Source: an uncultured Chitinophaga sp. (GTDB taxonomy: Bacteria; Bacteroidota; Bacteroidia; 2-12-FULL-35-15). From it: a stretch of 64,000 nucleotides of DNA. The first letter of the stretch is position 1. Every line of letters starts with the position of its first letter. Made by a program: the position numbers and the translations under genes. Below the pieces are notes generated by a model. The model saw nothing but the letters and a program-made list of their open reading frames with translations, made no database searches and was not told where the DNA came from. This document shows positions 55,240 through 64,000 of the stretch, piece after piece. The stretch spans positions 24,453-88,452 of the forward strand of contig CAYWAV010000001.1 in NCBI GenBank assembly GCA_964456225.1. Reading direction: 5' to 3'.

Positions 55240-55247
55240 CAAATATA
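55240..55247 (-). promoter_or_regulatory. Candidate -7 promoter box for the SMC-like operon (TATATTTG on the minus strand)
   Basis: Plus-strand CAAATATA is the minus-strand TAnnTTTG, 29 nt upstream of the ATG at 55211. No convincing -33 TTG was seen. Confidence 0.3.
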
Positions 55248-55405
55248 CTTTAAGGACTTGGGCTATTTGTTGAGGGAATTACTTGTTAATAACAATTCCT
55301 TTAAAATTGGGGAGAAGGAAGGTTTTATGTTAAAAAAATTAAAGTTTTTAAAAGTTTTAACAGGCACTTGATTATTGGAAAAAAATGATTATAACTATTA
55401 AAGCG

Positions 55406-55532
55406 TTAGCCGCAGATTCGCAAATTTCTTTGTTTACAAAAAATTAAGGCAGATACAGTGTTTGTGTCGCTTGAATAAGTTTAGAATCAGCACTAATAAT
55501 TTAAGTATAAAAATCTGAGAATCTGCGGCTAA
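55406..55532. repeat. 127-bp element bounded by perfect 14-bp inverted repeats (MITE-like or long structured RNA)
   Basis: TTAGCCGCAGATTC (55406-55419) and GAATCTGCGGCTAA (55519-55532) flank 99 bp of AT-rich sequence. The element lies in the 335-bp gap upstream of the SMC-like operon. Confidence 0.65.
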
Positions 55533-55546
55533 AATGGAGGCTGTTC

Positions 55547-55942
55547 TTACAAAAAGGTTTTTAACCAAGCTATTGCAGATTCTTTGTTGGTCATAATTTT
55601 TGTAGGAGTAATGGGTTTGTTAAAAGTAATGTATGCATTTCCCATGATTTTTTGTATGCTATTGTTTACTACAAATACGCTAGCCAAGGTGTACTGATTT
55701 GCTTCAATTCCAGAAGCGTATTTTCGAGCGTCAGGACTTGCCAATGCAAAATCACCAGCAATAAAAAGTAAAGGATATTTTTTGCCTCCACCCACTTCTG
55801 CGAAAGCGTTCACTATTTGCTTACCATCAATCAATTGAAGCGTCTTGTTTGCATTCATTTCAATTTGAATAATTCCATCGCTCCGCAACGACACAATGGT
55901 GGAAGCATTAACTATCGATTTAAGAAGTGTGATTTCGCTCAT
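55547..55942 (-). CDS. Hypothetical protein (possibly STAS/SpoIIAA-like fold)
   Basis: 131-aa ORF lying 8 nt downstream of mtaB. No motif was recognised and the fold guess is weak. Confidence 0.4.
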   Translation of the reverse strand: MSEITLLKSIVNASTIVSLRSDGIIQIEMNANKTLQLIDGKQIVNAFAEVGGGKKYPLLFIAGDFALASPDARKYASGIEANQYTLASVFVVNNSIQKIMGNAYITFNKPITPTKIMTNKESAIAWLKTFL

Positions 55943-55950
55943 TTTGCAAA

Positions 55951-57294
55951 CTAACTTATCAATTCATAAACTGGTAAATTTGCCAACACACAGCCATCGG
56001 CATCCAATTCTCTTAATTCTACTTCCTTTAACTGATTTACCAATGTAGGATTGTACTGTGTTTTTACTTTTACATAATTATCAGTGAATCCATGCATGAA
56101 TCCATCTTTGTTATCGCTTTCAAAAAGTACGATTCTTGTTTGTCCTAAATGTTGTTCGTAAAAGTGGCGCAATTTTTTTGCAGATAAAATGCGTAACATT
56201 TTATTTCGTTTTTTGCGCATAGCAATTGGAACAACTTCTTTCAAATGAATCGCATCGGTGTTATCTCTTTCCGAATAAGTAAAAACATGCAGATAAGAAA
56301 TTGGTAATTCATTTAAGAAATTATAAGTGTCTAAAAAGTCTTCTTCTGTTTCTCCAGGGAATCCAACAATCACATCTACACCAATGCAACAATGAGGCAT
56401 TAATGCTTTTATTTTTGCAACACGTTCGCTGTAAAGTTCACGTAAATATCTTCTACGCATCGCCTTCAACATTTTGTTGCTGCCTGATTGCAGTGGAATG
56501 TGAAAATGCGGAACAAAGCGTTTGGATTGAGAAACAAATTCTATCGTTTCATCTTTTAATAAGTTGGGTTCAATAGAAGAAATTCTAAAACGTTCAATAC
56601 CTTCAACTTTATCTAACTCTTGAACTAAATCGTAAAACGTTTCTTTTTTTTCTTTGACGTCTGACGCCTGACGTCCGACATCAGACGTTTTCCCAAAGTC
56701 ACCAAGATTAACTCCCGTCAAAACAATTTCTTTTACATCTTGTTTGGCAATATCGGTTGCATTTTTAACAGCATTTAGAATCGTATCACTTCTGCTGCTT
56801 CCTCTTGCTAAGGGAATTGTACAAAAAGAGCAATTGTAATCACAACCATCTTGTACTTTTAAGAATACACGGGTTCGGTCGCCAAAGGAATAAGAATCAA
56901 CAAAGAAATTAGCTTCTTCAATTTCGCAGCTATAAATTTCAGCTTTTGATTTTTTACTTAAATCCGTAAGATAGTTGAGTAATTTGAACTTTTCGGAAGC
57001 CCCTAAAACCAAATCCACACCTTCGATATTGGAAATTTCTTCGGGTTTTAATTGAGCATAACATCCAACCACCACCACATACGCCTCCGGAGAAATGCTC
57101 AATGCTGATTTTACAATCTGTTTGCACTCTTTATCTGCATTTGCTGTAACGGAGCAAGTGTTGATGACATATACATCGCTAGGCTCTTTGAAATCAACCT
57201 TTTGATAGCCTTGTTCCACGAACAGGCGCGCAATTGTGCTTGTTTCCGAGAAATTGAGTTTACAACCCAATGTATGAAATGCTACTTTTTTCAT
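55951..57294 (-). CDS. mtaB: tRNA (t6A37) methylthiotransferase MtaB (radical SAM, MiaB family)
   Basis: 447-aa ORF with KKVAFHTLGCKLNFSETS, the radical-SAM cluster CDYNCSFCTIP and a TRAM-like C-terminus. Confidence 0.85.
   Translation of the reverse strand: MKKVAFHTLGCKLNFSETSTIARLFVEQGYQKVDFKEPSDVYVINTCSVTANADKECKQIVKSALSISPEAYVVVVGCYAQLKPEEISNIEGVDLVLGASEKFKLLNYLTDLSKKSKAEIYSCEIEEANFFVDSYSFGDRTRVFLKVQDGCDYNCSFCTIPLARGSSRSDTILNAVKNATDIAKQDVKEIVLTGVNLGDFGKTSDVGRQASDVKEKKETFYDLVQELDKVEGIERFRISSIEPNLLKDETIEFVSQSKRFVPHFHIPLQSGSNKMLKAMRRRYLRELYSERVAKIKALMPHCCIGVDVIVGFPGETEEDFLDTYNFLNELPISYLHVFTYSERDNTDAIHLKEVVPIAMRKKRNKMLRILSAKKLRHFYEQHLGQTRIVLFESDNKDGFMHGFTDNYVKVKTQYNPTLVNQLKEVELRELDADGCVLANLPVYELIS
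56656..56688. repeat. Family D GC-rich repeat (GACGTC/TGACG units, 8-bp terminal stem) in frame inside mtaB
   Basis: GACGTCTGACGCCTGACGTCCGACATCAGACGT, translated on the minus strand as TSDVGRQASDV. Confidence 0.75.
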
Positions 57295-57496
57295 TTAAGA
57301 GTACGAAGTTACTAATAATCTGCTTATCATACCAATAGGGAAGAAGGAAAGCATTTGTTAACCTTAGGAGTTGATTGTTCAAAAAACTGTTAATAAGTGA
57401 AAAGGAATGTATCGTTTTCACCTAAAAGGATTTCTTAAACTTGAACTATATTAAAATGCTGCTTGTGGATATTAGTTTATCCCCAATAAATAATTT

Positions 57497-59131
57497 ATGA
57501 AAAAAGCGTTTATCTATATTTCATCTCTTGTGTTTTTTGTTGCTTGTTCATCGGGTGACGATAATAAAACGGATACTAGAACTGTATTTAAGTATAACGA
57601 TATGGCAGGAGTTAGTTCTCTCGACCCTGCTTCTGCGTCTAATTTTGAAAATATTTTAGCTGTCAATCAATTGTATAACGGATTGGTGGAAATGGACGAC
57701 TCATTAATAATACAACCATCCATTGCCAAATCATGGACTATTTCAAGTGATGGAGCAACTTATACATTTCATTTACATACCGATGTAGTTTTCCACGACA
57801 ATGATTTTTTTGAGAATGGTGTTGGTAGAAAAGTAGTTGCTAACGATTTTGTTTACACTTTTAATCGTTTACTCGATCCGAAAATTTCAAAGGCAACAAC
57901 ACTATTAACCTATGTAAACGAAAGAAAAGGATTTGAAGCACCAAACGATTCTACCTTTGTTATTCATCTCGACAGAGCATTTACGCCTTTTCTAGGAATT
58001 TTAACCATGAAATATTTTTCTGTAATTCCTCAGGAAGTAGTGGAGAGTTACGGAGAAGATTTTAGAAGAAATCCTGTGGGAACAGGTCCGTTTAAATTTA
58101 AAATGTGGAATGAAGGTTCTAAACTGGTATTTGTTAAAAATGAAAAATACTTTGAGTACGAAAATGGAAATCGTTTGCCTTACTTGGATGCTGTTTCAAT
58201 TTCTTTCATTAAAGATAAAGAAACTTCTTTCCTTGAATTTTTAGAAGGCTCTGTTGATATGGTTTCTGGAATAGATGCTATTAATACGGATGAAGTACTA
58301 ACGGTGGAAGGGCAGTTGAAAGATAAATACAAGGATTTGTATAAAATGCAAACACAACCGTATTTAAAAACGGATTATTTAGGATTTTTAATTGATGATA
58401 ATCTACCTCAATTTAAAAAATCACCTTTAAAAATAAAAGCAATTCGTCAAGCGATTAATTATGGATTTGATCGTAAAAAGATGGTGATGTATTTGCGTAA
58501 AAATTTAGGAACACCTGCCACAGCTGGTTTTATTCCTCCTGGTTTGCCTTCATTTAATAGTTCAAAAGTGAAAGGATACGATTACAATCCGGATAAAGTA
58601 AAAGAACTTTTGTTTTTGGCTGGTTTCCCTGATGGAAAAGGATTGCCGGATATTACTTTGTCAACAACAGAACAATATTTAGAATTGGCTGAATACATTC
58701 AATCGCAATTAGCTGAATTCGGAATTAATATTAGAATTGATGTACAGAAATCAAATGTATTGGGAGAAGCAATTGCAAATTCTAAATTAAATTTTTTCCG
58801 AAAATCATGGGTTTGCGACTATCCTGATGAAGAAAATTTCCTTTCATTATTCTATAGCAAAAATTGGAGTCCGCAAGGCTTCAATTATACACACTATAAA
58901 AACCCTCAATTCGATTTGTTATACGAAAGATCTCAATCCGAATTAAACGACTCTATTCGATATGATTATTATCAGCAAATGGATCAATTACTAATAGACA
59001 ATGCGCCTGTTGTTCCTTTGTACTATGATCAAGTAGTAAGATTGGTGCAGAATAATATTTCGGGATTGACTTCCAACTCCATGAATTTGCTTTCTTTGAA
59101 GAAGGTGAAGAAAATTGCTGTGACGAAATAA
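57497..59131 (+). CDS. ABC transporter substrate-binding protein, family 5 (peptide/nickel type), lipoprotein
   Basis: 544-aa ORF with the lipobox VFFVACSS. Family-5 blocks include LVEMDDSLIIQPSIAKSW, NPVGTGPFKF and YLGFLI. Confidence 0.8.
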   Translation: MKKAFIYISSLVFFVACSSGDDNKTDTRTVFKYNDMAGVSSLDPASASNFENILAVNQLYNGLVEMDDSLIIQPSIAKSWTISSDGATYTFHLHTDVVFHDNDFFENGVGRKVVANDFVYTFNRLLDPKISKATTLLTYVNERKGFEAPNDSTFVIHLDRAFTPFLGILTMKYFSVIPQEVVESYGEDFRRNPVGTGPFKFKMWNEGSKLVFVKNEKYFEYENGNRLPYLDAVSISFIKDKETSFLEFLEGSVDMVSGIDAINTDEVLTVEGQLKDKYKDLYKMQTQPYLKTDYLGFLIDDNLPQFKKSPLKIKAIRQAINYGFDRKKMVMYLRKNLGTPATAGFIPPGLPSFNSSKVKGYDYNPDKVKELLFLAGFPDGKGLPDITLSTTEQYLELAEYIQSQLAEFGINIRIDVQKSNVLGEAIANSKLNFFRKSWVCDYPDEENFLSLFYSKNWSPQGFNYTHYKNPQFDLLYERSQSELNDSIRYDYYQQMDQLLIDNAPVVPLYYDQVVRLVQNNISGLTSNSMNLLSLKKVKKIAVTK

Positions 59132-59132
59132 G

Positions 59133-60287
59133 TTATTGTTTCTCCAGATAACAAACAACAGGATAGTGATCCGATAATTCTTCTCTTATTGTGCGGAAGT
59201 GGTATGCTTTAAATTGCTTACTGTGTAATATATAATCAATTCTGAAAGAAGGAAATTTACCAATATAGGTTCGTCCAAAACCATTGCCACTTTCTATAAA
59301 TGCATCCGATAAATTAGTTGCAATTGTGTTTTTTGTATACGATGCTGGTGTATCGTTAAAGTCGCCACAAATAATTACCGGATAAGGACTTGAGGCAATG
59401 CTTGCATGGATTAAATCAGCTTGTTTGGCTCGTTTAACAAAAGCAAGCTTCAATCGGGTTAAAATACTTTTGGTGTGTTCTATGTCTTCTGTTTCAACAT
59501 CATTCTCTAAGTCATCCAGGTATTTATAATCTTCTTTGGAAAAGGCGATGGATTGTAAATGCATGTTGTAAATCCGTAATGTGTCTTTTAAATAAAGAAT
59601 ATCAGTATAAATGCAAACATTGTTGCTATGGTAACCAAAATCGATTTTACCTTTATTTAGAATTGGATAAAAGCTGAATGTGGCGATTCCAAAATGGTGC
59701 TCCTTCTTAACTGTTGTAGTATACTCAATGTGAGCGTATTTGAATTTTGAAAGTTTTAAAAGTGAATCGGTATTGGCTAGTTTACTGCTGTCGCGATGAA
59801 AATATTCCTGAAAGCAGGCAATTTCAGGTACTTCATTTTTTATTAGTTGAAATATCTTATTCCGAGTGTCAATGTTATGATTCCAGTCGTACAAATCAAA
59901 CACTTTAACATTGTATGACATCACCTTTATTAATTTTTTAGAAACATCGGGTGTATTATTGGATGTGAATTGAACATAGCTGTGCAAATTAGAAAATCCA
60001 ACTAATATGATCAAGAAGGAATAAAGTGCACGTTTTTTAATTTGTATTGCCCAATAAATAATAAATAAAAAATTAAGCACGAGAAGCACTGGATAAAATA
60101 ATCCAAAAAATGCAATGATCCAAAATCTTTCCGGACTTACATGAGGAGCCATATAAGAAACGAGCAAAGCAATAACTACAAGGTGGTTGCAGAACATCGC
60201 AATGCGGTTAAAGAAATGGCGTTTACCTTTCCTTGTTTTTTTTTCTTCTTGTATGTTCTTTTGATCCTCCAATATTTTTGCTCGCAA
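59133..60287 (-). CDS. Membrane-anchored endonuclease/exonuclease/phosphatase (EEP) family protein
   Basis: 384-aa ORF with N-terminal TM helices and MSYNVKVFD, ICGDFNDTP and SDHYPVV motifs. The track start is TTG at 60287, and an ATG start further in (MFCNHLVV) is possible. Confidence 0.8.
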   Translation of the reverse strand: MRAKILEDQKNIQEEKKTRKGKRHFFNRIAMFCNHLVVIALLVSYMAPHVSPERFWIIAFFGLFYPVLLVLNFLFIIYWAIQIKKRALYSFLIILVGFSNLHSYVQFTSNNTPDVSKKLIKVMSYNVKVFDLYDWNHNIDTRNKIFQLIKNEVPEIACFQEYFHRDSSKLANTDSLLKLSKFKYAHIEYTTTVKKEHHFGIATFSFYPILNKGKIDFGYHSNNVCIYTDILYLKDTLRIYNMHLQSIAFSKEDYKYLDDLENDVETEDIEHTKSILTRLKLAFVKRAKQADLIHASIASSPYPVIICGDFNDTPASYTKNTIATNLSDAFIESGNGFGRTYIGKFPSFRIDYILHSKQFKAYHFRTIREELSDHYPVVCYLEKQ

Positions 60288-60288
60288 A

Positions 60289-60316
60289 GCTGCCTGCCGA
60301 CCGGCAGGTTATGCAA
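60289..60316. repeat. Family C GC-rich hairpin, intergenic copy
   Basis: GCTGCCTGCCGACCGGCAGGTTATGCAA. Compare GACCTGCCTGTCCGTCAGGCAGGTTGCGCA at 46726-46755. Confidence 0.6.
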
Positions 60317-60380
60317 CTTTTTTTATTTGTTTACTTTTTTAATTGCCTACCGCCAACTTTATTTTTTATTGCCAACTGAA

Positions 60381-61289
60381 CTACTTTTTCCCACTCGCTT
60401 TGAATAAAATTTCTTTCTCCGATTTTGATAAACTCTCGTATCCTGATTTTGAAATTTTATCCAATATTTTATCAACTATTTCCTGCTCTATTTTTTTATT
60501 GTAATTGTATGCTTCGTCTGAAGTGCCACGTTTATAAGCTACTTTCATTGTACTTCTGTGTCCCGATTTGAACAAGCCTGATAGCCAATCGAAAAAGCGA
60601 TTGATTCCTTTTGACATATCAACTCCTTTTTTATATTGTTTGATAAATACAAAACCCATCAATGCGCCACCTATGTGAGAAAGGTTTCCGCCCATATTAT
60701 CATAAGACGCCATATTTAAAACATCTATAAAAATAACAAACATTGCAACGTAAATTAATTTAACAGGACCAATAAACATCATGTTCATGTTTACGTTGGG
60801 AACAAGCGTGGCTGTTGCAACAATGATTGCCGTTACTCCAGCTGAAGCACCAATCATAGTTGAACCGGAGAACTGTTGAAAAACAGGAATGAACGTAAAA
60901 AACAGAATCGTTAATAAAGCTCCGGAAATTCCGCCAAATAAATATAATGGAATTAATTTTTTTGAATTGGTATACTCTATGAGAATTTGTCCGAACCAAT
61001 ACAACGTAATCATATTCCATAAAATGTGCATGAGCCCGAAATGTGTGAACATATAGGTGATGATTGTCCATGGCTTGTATAGAAGTCCATTAAAACTGAT
61101 TGGAAGAGCTAAATTATTTTTTATTAAAGCTTCAATTGTTACCAGAATTTCGGATTCTCCACTTATGAATGTAATTATTCGAAAGAGGCCAATAAGCATG
61201 AAAATCACAACGTTTAGTATGATTAAACGTGTAATAGGATTGCCATTCCGTAATTTTGTTTTAAAATCTTCTATAATTTGATTTGCCAT
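60381..61289 (-). CDS. Rhomboid-family intramembrane serine protease
   Basis: 302-aa polytopic ORF with the catalytic Ser block GASAGV and the His block HIGGALMG. Confidence 0.85.
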   Translation of the reverse strand: MANQIIEDFKTKLRNGNPITRLIILNVVIFMLIGLFRIITFISGESEILVTIEALIKNNLALPISFNGLLYKPWTIITYMFTHFGLMHILWNMITLYWFGQILIEYTNSKKLIPLYLFGGISGALLTILFFTFIPVFQQFSGSTMIGASAGVTAIIVATATLVPNVNMNMMFIGPVKLIYVAMFVIFIDVLNMASYDNMGGNLSHIGGALMGFVFIKQYKKGVDMSKGINRFFDWLSGLFKSGHRSTMKVAYKRGTSDEAYNYNKKIEQEIVDKILDKISKSGYESLSKSEKEILFKASGKK

Positions 61290-61292
61290 CGC

Positions 61293-62141
61293 TTAATAAA
61301 AACGGTTACTTTGTTTTTGCCAGTATTTTATAATAATAAATCCAAATAGTGCACCTCCTAAGTGCGCAAAGTGCGCAATGTTATCGCCTGCAAAATTCGC
61401 TACTCCAAAAAATAATTCAGCAACCGCATACAATACAATTGCATACTTTGCTTTTATAGGAATTGGTATAAACATTAACATCAATTCAGTATTAGGGAAT
61501 AACATCCCAAACCCTATTAAAATTCCAAAAATTGCACCTGATGCGCCAACCATTGGAGTGTTTTCTTTTAATGTGGTTAGTTGATTTATATCACCCATGG
61601 CTCTGTTTATAAAAGTGATGTTATCTGGGTTGTTTGTCCAATCGATTAAAAATTGATCGATTACTAACGTGTTTTCAGGAATTGAATACATTGCAGAAAA
61701 ATGTGTTTTAACAATAGAGATATATTCTTCAGGTGTAGAATTGTTTAAAAAAGCCTGTGTCGCTACTTGAATTTGATGATATTCAAATGCCTGGTAGCCT
61801 ATGTAAATAAGTGCCGCTCCAATTCCCGTAATCATGTAGAAGATGAGGAAACGCTTCGGTCCCCAAGTATTTTCCAGGACTTTGCCGAACATTAATAAGG
61901 CAAACATATTAAAGAAGATGTGAAAAAGTCCTCCATGCATAAACATATAGGTCACAAATTGGAAAGGATAAAATAGCTCGGAACTGAAATAGTGTAATCC
62001 CAAATAGGTTGATAGATCAATCTTGTTTTGAGTTTCAAACAAAAAAGTAGCAAGAAAAAAAAGCACATTAATAATTAGCAAATTTTTTACTACTGTTGGC
62101 AAAGCATTAAAGCTATTCGGACGATATTGTTGGTAAGACAT
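61293..62141 (-). CDS. Rhomboid-family intramembrane serine protease (paralog)
   Basis: 282-aa ORF with GASGAIFG and HLGGALFG. Confidence 0.85.
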   Translation of the reverse strand: MSYQQYRPNSFNALPTVVKNLLIINVLFFLATFLFETQNKIDLSTYLGLHYFSSELFYPFQFVTYMFMHGGLFHIFFNMFALLMFGKVLENTWGPKRFLIFYMITGIGAALIYIGYQAFEYHQIQVATQAFLNNSTPEEYISIVKTHFSAMYSIPENTLVIDQFLIDWTNNPDNITFINRAMGDINQLTTLKENTPMVGASGAIFGILIGFGMLFPNTELMLMFIPIPIKAKYAIVLYAVAELFFGVANFAGDNIAHFAHLGGALFGFIIIKYWQKQSNRFY

Positions 62142-62249
62142 GGTTACGGATAACGAATTAAAACGAATTTACTAATTTGTGTTTTTTTTGCTGATATGCT
62201 AACTATCTACTGTCTACTTTTCTCCCTACTCCAAACTCCTCGCTGCGAA

Positions 62250-64000
62250 CTATTTCTTAAACCTCTTATCTAAATCGTCAGAAGAGAATGTTGTAATGGT
62301 CGGCTTTCCACTTGGCGTGCTGTAGGGCATTTTACAAGCAAACAATTCATCTATTATATTCTGCATTTCTTCTTGCGTTAATGCTTTGCCAGACTTTATT
62401 GCCGTGTTTCTTGCCATCGAACGTGCTAAATTTTCTCTTTTATCGGATTTTAATTCCAGTAAGTTCTGTTTGTAATTCTCCAATAATCCTTCCAATAATT
62501 TTACCGAATCATATGCTGACGTATCGGCAGGAACGCCATGAATAATAAATGTGTTTTTGCCAAATTCGCTAATGTCAAAGCCCATACTCTGAATTTCTGA
62601 CTGTAATTCTTTTACCAATTCAAAGTCGGGTGTGTTCAATTCAATGGTTTTAGGAAAAAGTTCTTGTTGTGTGGCCGACTTGTGTTTTTCAAATCCTTCT
62701 AAAATGCGTTCATACAAAATACGCTCGTGTGCACCTTGTTGATCAATTACCATAAAACCGGTTTTGATATGAGTTAAAATGTATTTGTTGTGTAATTGGT
62801 AAGTCGATTTCTTATTGCTCTCGTGTAAATCGTTGTCCCAATCAGTGTTTATTGTTTGTTGCGTTTCTTCTTCTTTTTTAATCTCAAACTCCAATTGATT
62901 ATCAACGTGGCGACTATAAAGTTTCTCCCAATTGGTTTTATTGGAAAGTTCGCGTTCGATTGTTTCTTTCTTTTCTGTTTTAAACGGATTGTAATTTTGA
63001 TCTACCTTAATAGTCGGCTGCTTGTAAATACCGTCAACAGGCTTTAATGGCATGTTGTACAAATGCGCTTCCTGGTCAAAATCCAGACTAGGGGAAATGT
63101 TAAATTGCCCGAGAGATTTTTTTACAGCCGAACGCAAAAAAGCATAAATCGCTTTTTCGTCTTCAAATTTCACTTCTGTTTTTGTCGGATGAATATTAAT
63201 ATCGATGGATTTTGGATCCACATCCAACATTAAAAAGTAAGAAGCAAAAGAATCTGCAGGAAGCAACTGCTCGAATGCAGATTGCACAGCATGGTGCAGA
63301 TAGCCATTTTTTATAAATCGTTTGTTCAAAAAGAAAAACTGTTCGCCACGAGTTTTCTTAGCGAAATCAGGTTTTATCACAAAACCTTTTATTTTTACAA
63401 TACCTGTGTTTTCTTCAACAGGAACCAAACGGGTGTTGTAAGAATTTCCGAAAATCCCCATTAAACGCTGTTTCAATGAACCTGCTTCCAGATGAAATAT
63501 TTCGGTATTGTTATGATGAAAACTAAAAGCAATCTCCGGATTTGGAATACTCACTCGATGAAATTCGTCAATGATATGGCGCAATTCAACAGAATCTGTT
63601 TTTAAAAAATTCCTTCTTGCAGGAACATTAAAAAACAAATTTTTAACGGAGATAGAAGTGCCTTCTGAGCAACTAACGGCTTCCTGGCGCTTGATTTCAC
63701 TTCCTTCAATGTATATTTGAACGCCAACATCATCGCCAATACGTTTTGTTTTTAATTCTACCTGAGCAATGGCAGCAATAGAGGCCAAAGCTTCTCCACG
63801 AAATCCCATTGTTCGGATAGCAAAAAGATCATCTGCTTTTTTAATTTTAGAAGTAGCATGGCGCTCAAAACTCATGCGGGCATCGGTTTCACTCATTCCG
63901 CATCCATTATCAATGACCTGAATAAGTGTTTTTCCGGCATCTTTTACAATCAGCTTTATCTTTGAACCGCCAGCATCCAATGCATTTTCCATCAATTCCT
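62250..64000 (-). CDS. mutL: DNA mismatch repair protein MutL, 5-prime end beyond the window
   Basis: GHKL ATPase motifs are present (ELMENALDAG at the window edge, DNGCGM, GFRGEAL), as is the C-terminal dimerisation region. The ORF runs off the window end. Confidence 0.95.
   Translation of the reverse strand, partial: ELMENALDAGGSKIKLIVKDAGKTLIQVIDNGCGMSETDARMSFERHATSKIKKADDLFAIRTMGFRGEALASIAAIAQVELKTKRIGDDVGVQIYIEGSEIKRQEAVSCSEGTSISVKNLFFNVPARRNFLKTDSVELRHIIDEFHRVSIPNPEIAFSFHHNNTEIFHLEAGSLKQRLMGIFGNSYNTRLVPVEENTGIVKIKGFVIKPDFAKKTRGEQFFFLNKRFIKNGYLHHAVQSAFEQLLPADSFASYFLMLDVDPKSIDINIHPTKTEVKFEDEKAIYAFLRSAVKKSLGQFNISPSLDFDQEAHLYNMPLKPVDGIYKQPTIKVDQNYNPFKTEKKETIERELSNKTNWEKLYSRHVDNQLEFEIKKEEETQQTINTDWDNDLHESNKKSTYQLHNKYILTHIKTGFMVIDQQGAHERILYERILEGFEKHKSATQQELFPKTIELNTPDFELVKELQSEIQSMGFDISEFGKNTFIIHGVPADTSAYDSVKLLEGLLENYKQNLLELKSDKRENLARSMARNTAIKSGKALTQEEMQNIIDELFACKMPYSTPSGKPTITTFSSDDLDKRFKK

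Noticed and set aside
55547-55942. The 131-aa ORF upstream of the SMC-like operon as its fourth (JetD/MksG-like nuclease) component.
   Set aside because: It is far too small for a Toprim/DUF2220-type protein and has no acidic Toprim motifs. It lies 8 nt after mtaB and is separated from the operon by 335 bp containing a repeat element.
1-64000. Search by eye for tRNA, rRNA, tmRNA, riboswitch, IS/transposase, integrase or phage genes.
   Set aside because: No T-loop-like GGTTCGAATCC/GGTTCAAATCC-type motifs or their complements were noticed in intergenic regions. No rRNA-like conserved blocks and no transposase or integrase ORFs were seen. A proper tRNAscan-SE, Infernal and ISfinder run is needed to be certain.

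Overview
This is an AT-rich chromosomal segment that looks like Bacteroidota. Supporting signs are a T9SS C-terminal sorting domain, SPOR and thrombospondin-type-3 envelope proteins, TAnnTTTG-like -7 boxes, and a mutL / rhomboid / rhomboid / EEP gene block. I support about 57 protein genes. I recognised no rRNA, tRNA, CRISPR array, IS element or prophage. Layout: (i) 1-12.6 kb is a minus-strand O-antigen/capsule-type locus. It has a CDP-hexose pathway (rfbF, rfbG, RmlC-like epimerase, TylCIII-like C-methyltransferase, SDR reductase), three further methyltransferases, a Wzx-like flippase and four glycosyltransferases. (ii) 12.6-21.1 kb holds housekeeping genes (rdgB, a 920-aa tandem Ddl-like ATP-grasp fusion, a PASTA protein, a T9SS cargo protein, rluD, msrA) plus a frameshifted GIY-YIG gene bracketed by inverted repeats. 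(iii) 21.2-28.2 kb is a cluster of paralogous outer-membrane/TSP3/SPOR envelope proteins with long Asn/Thr-coding repeat tracts. (iv) 28.2-42.6 kb holds a LOG-family gene, uvrA, cell-wall hydrolases and a second polysaccharide locus (wecA-like, rfbC, wzc, wza, GT4, asnB). (v) 42.7-50.5 kb is mixed housekeeping. (vi) 50.7-55.2 kb is a three-gene operon encoding an SMC-like ATPase, a kleisin-like protein and a MukE-like protein. Its gene order differs from known Muk/Mks/Wadjet loci and it has no nuclease partner, so it is my top candidate for an undescribed Mks/Wadjet-related system. (vii) 55.5-64 kb holds mtaB, an ABC substrate-binding protein, an EEP protein, two rhomboid proteases and a truncated mutL. 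Across the window there are several families of short GC-rich palindromic repeats. At least five copies sit in frame inside conserved genes (the Ddl-like gene three times, the IMPase gene and mtaB). Two more overlap gene 3-prime ends (asnB and the YdeI-like gene). All functional calls come from reading motifs by eye and no database search was possible.
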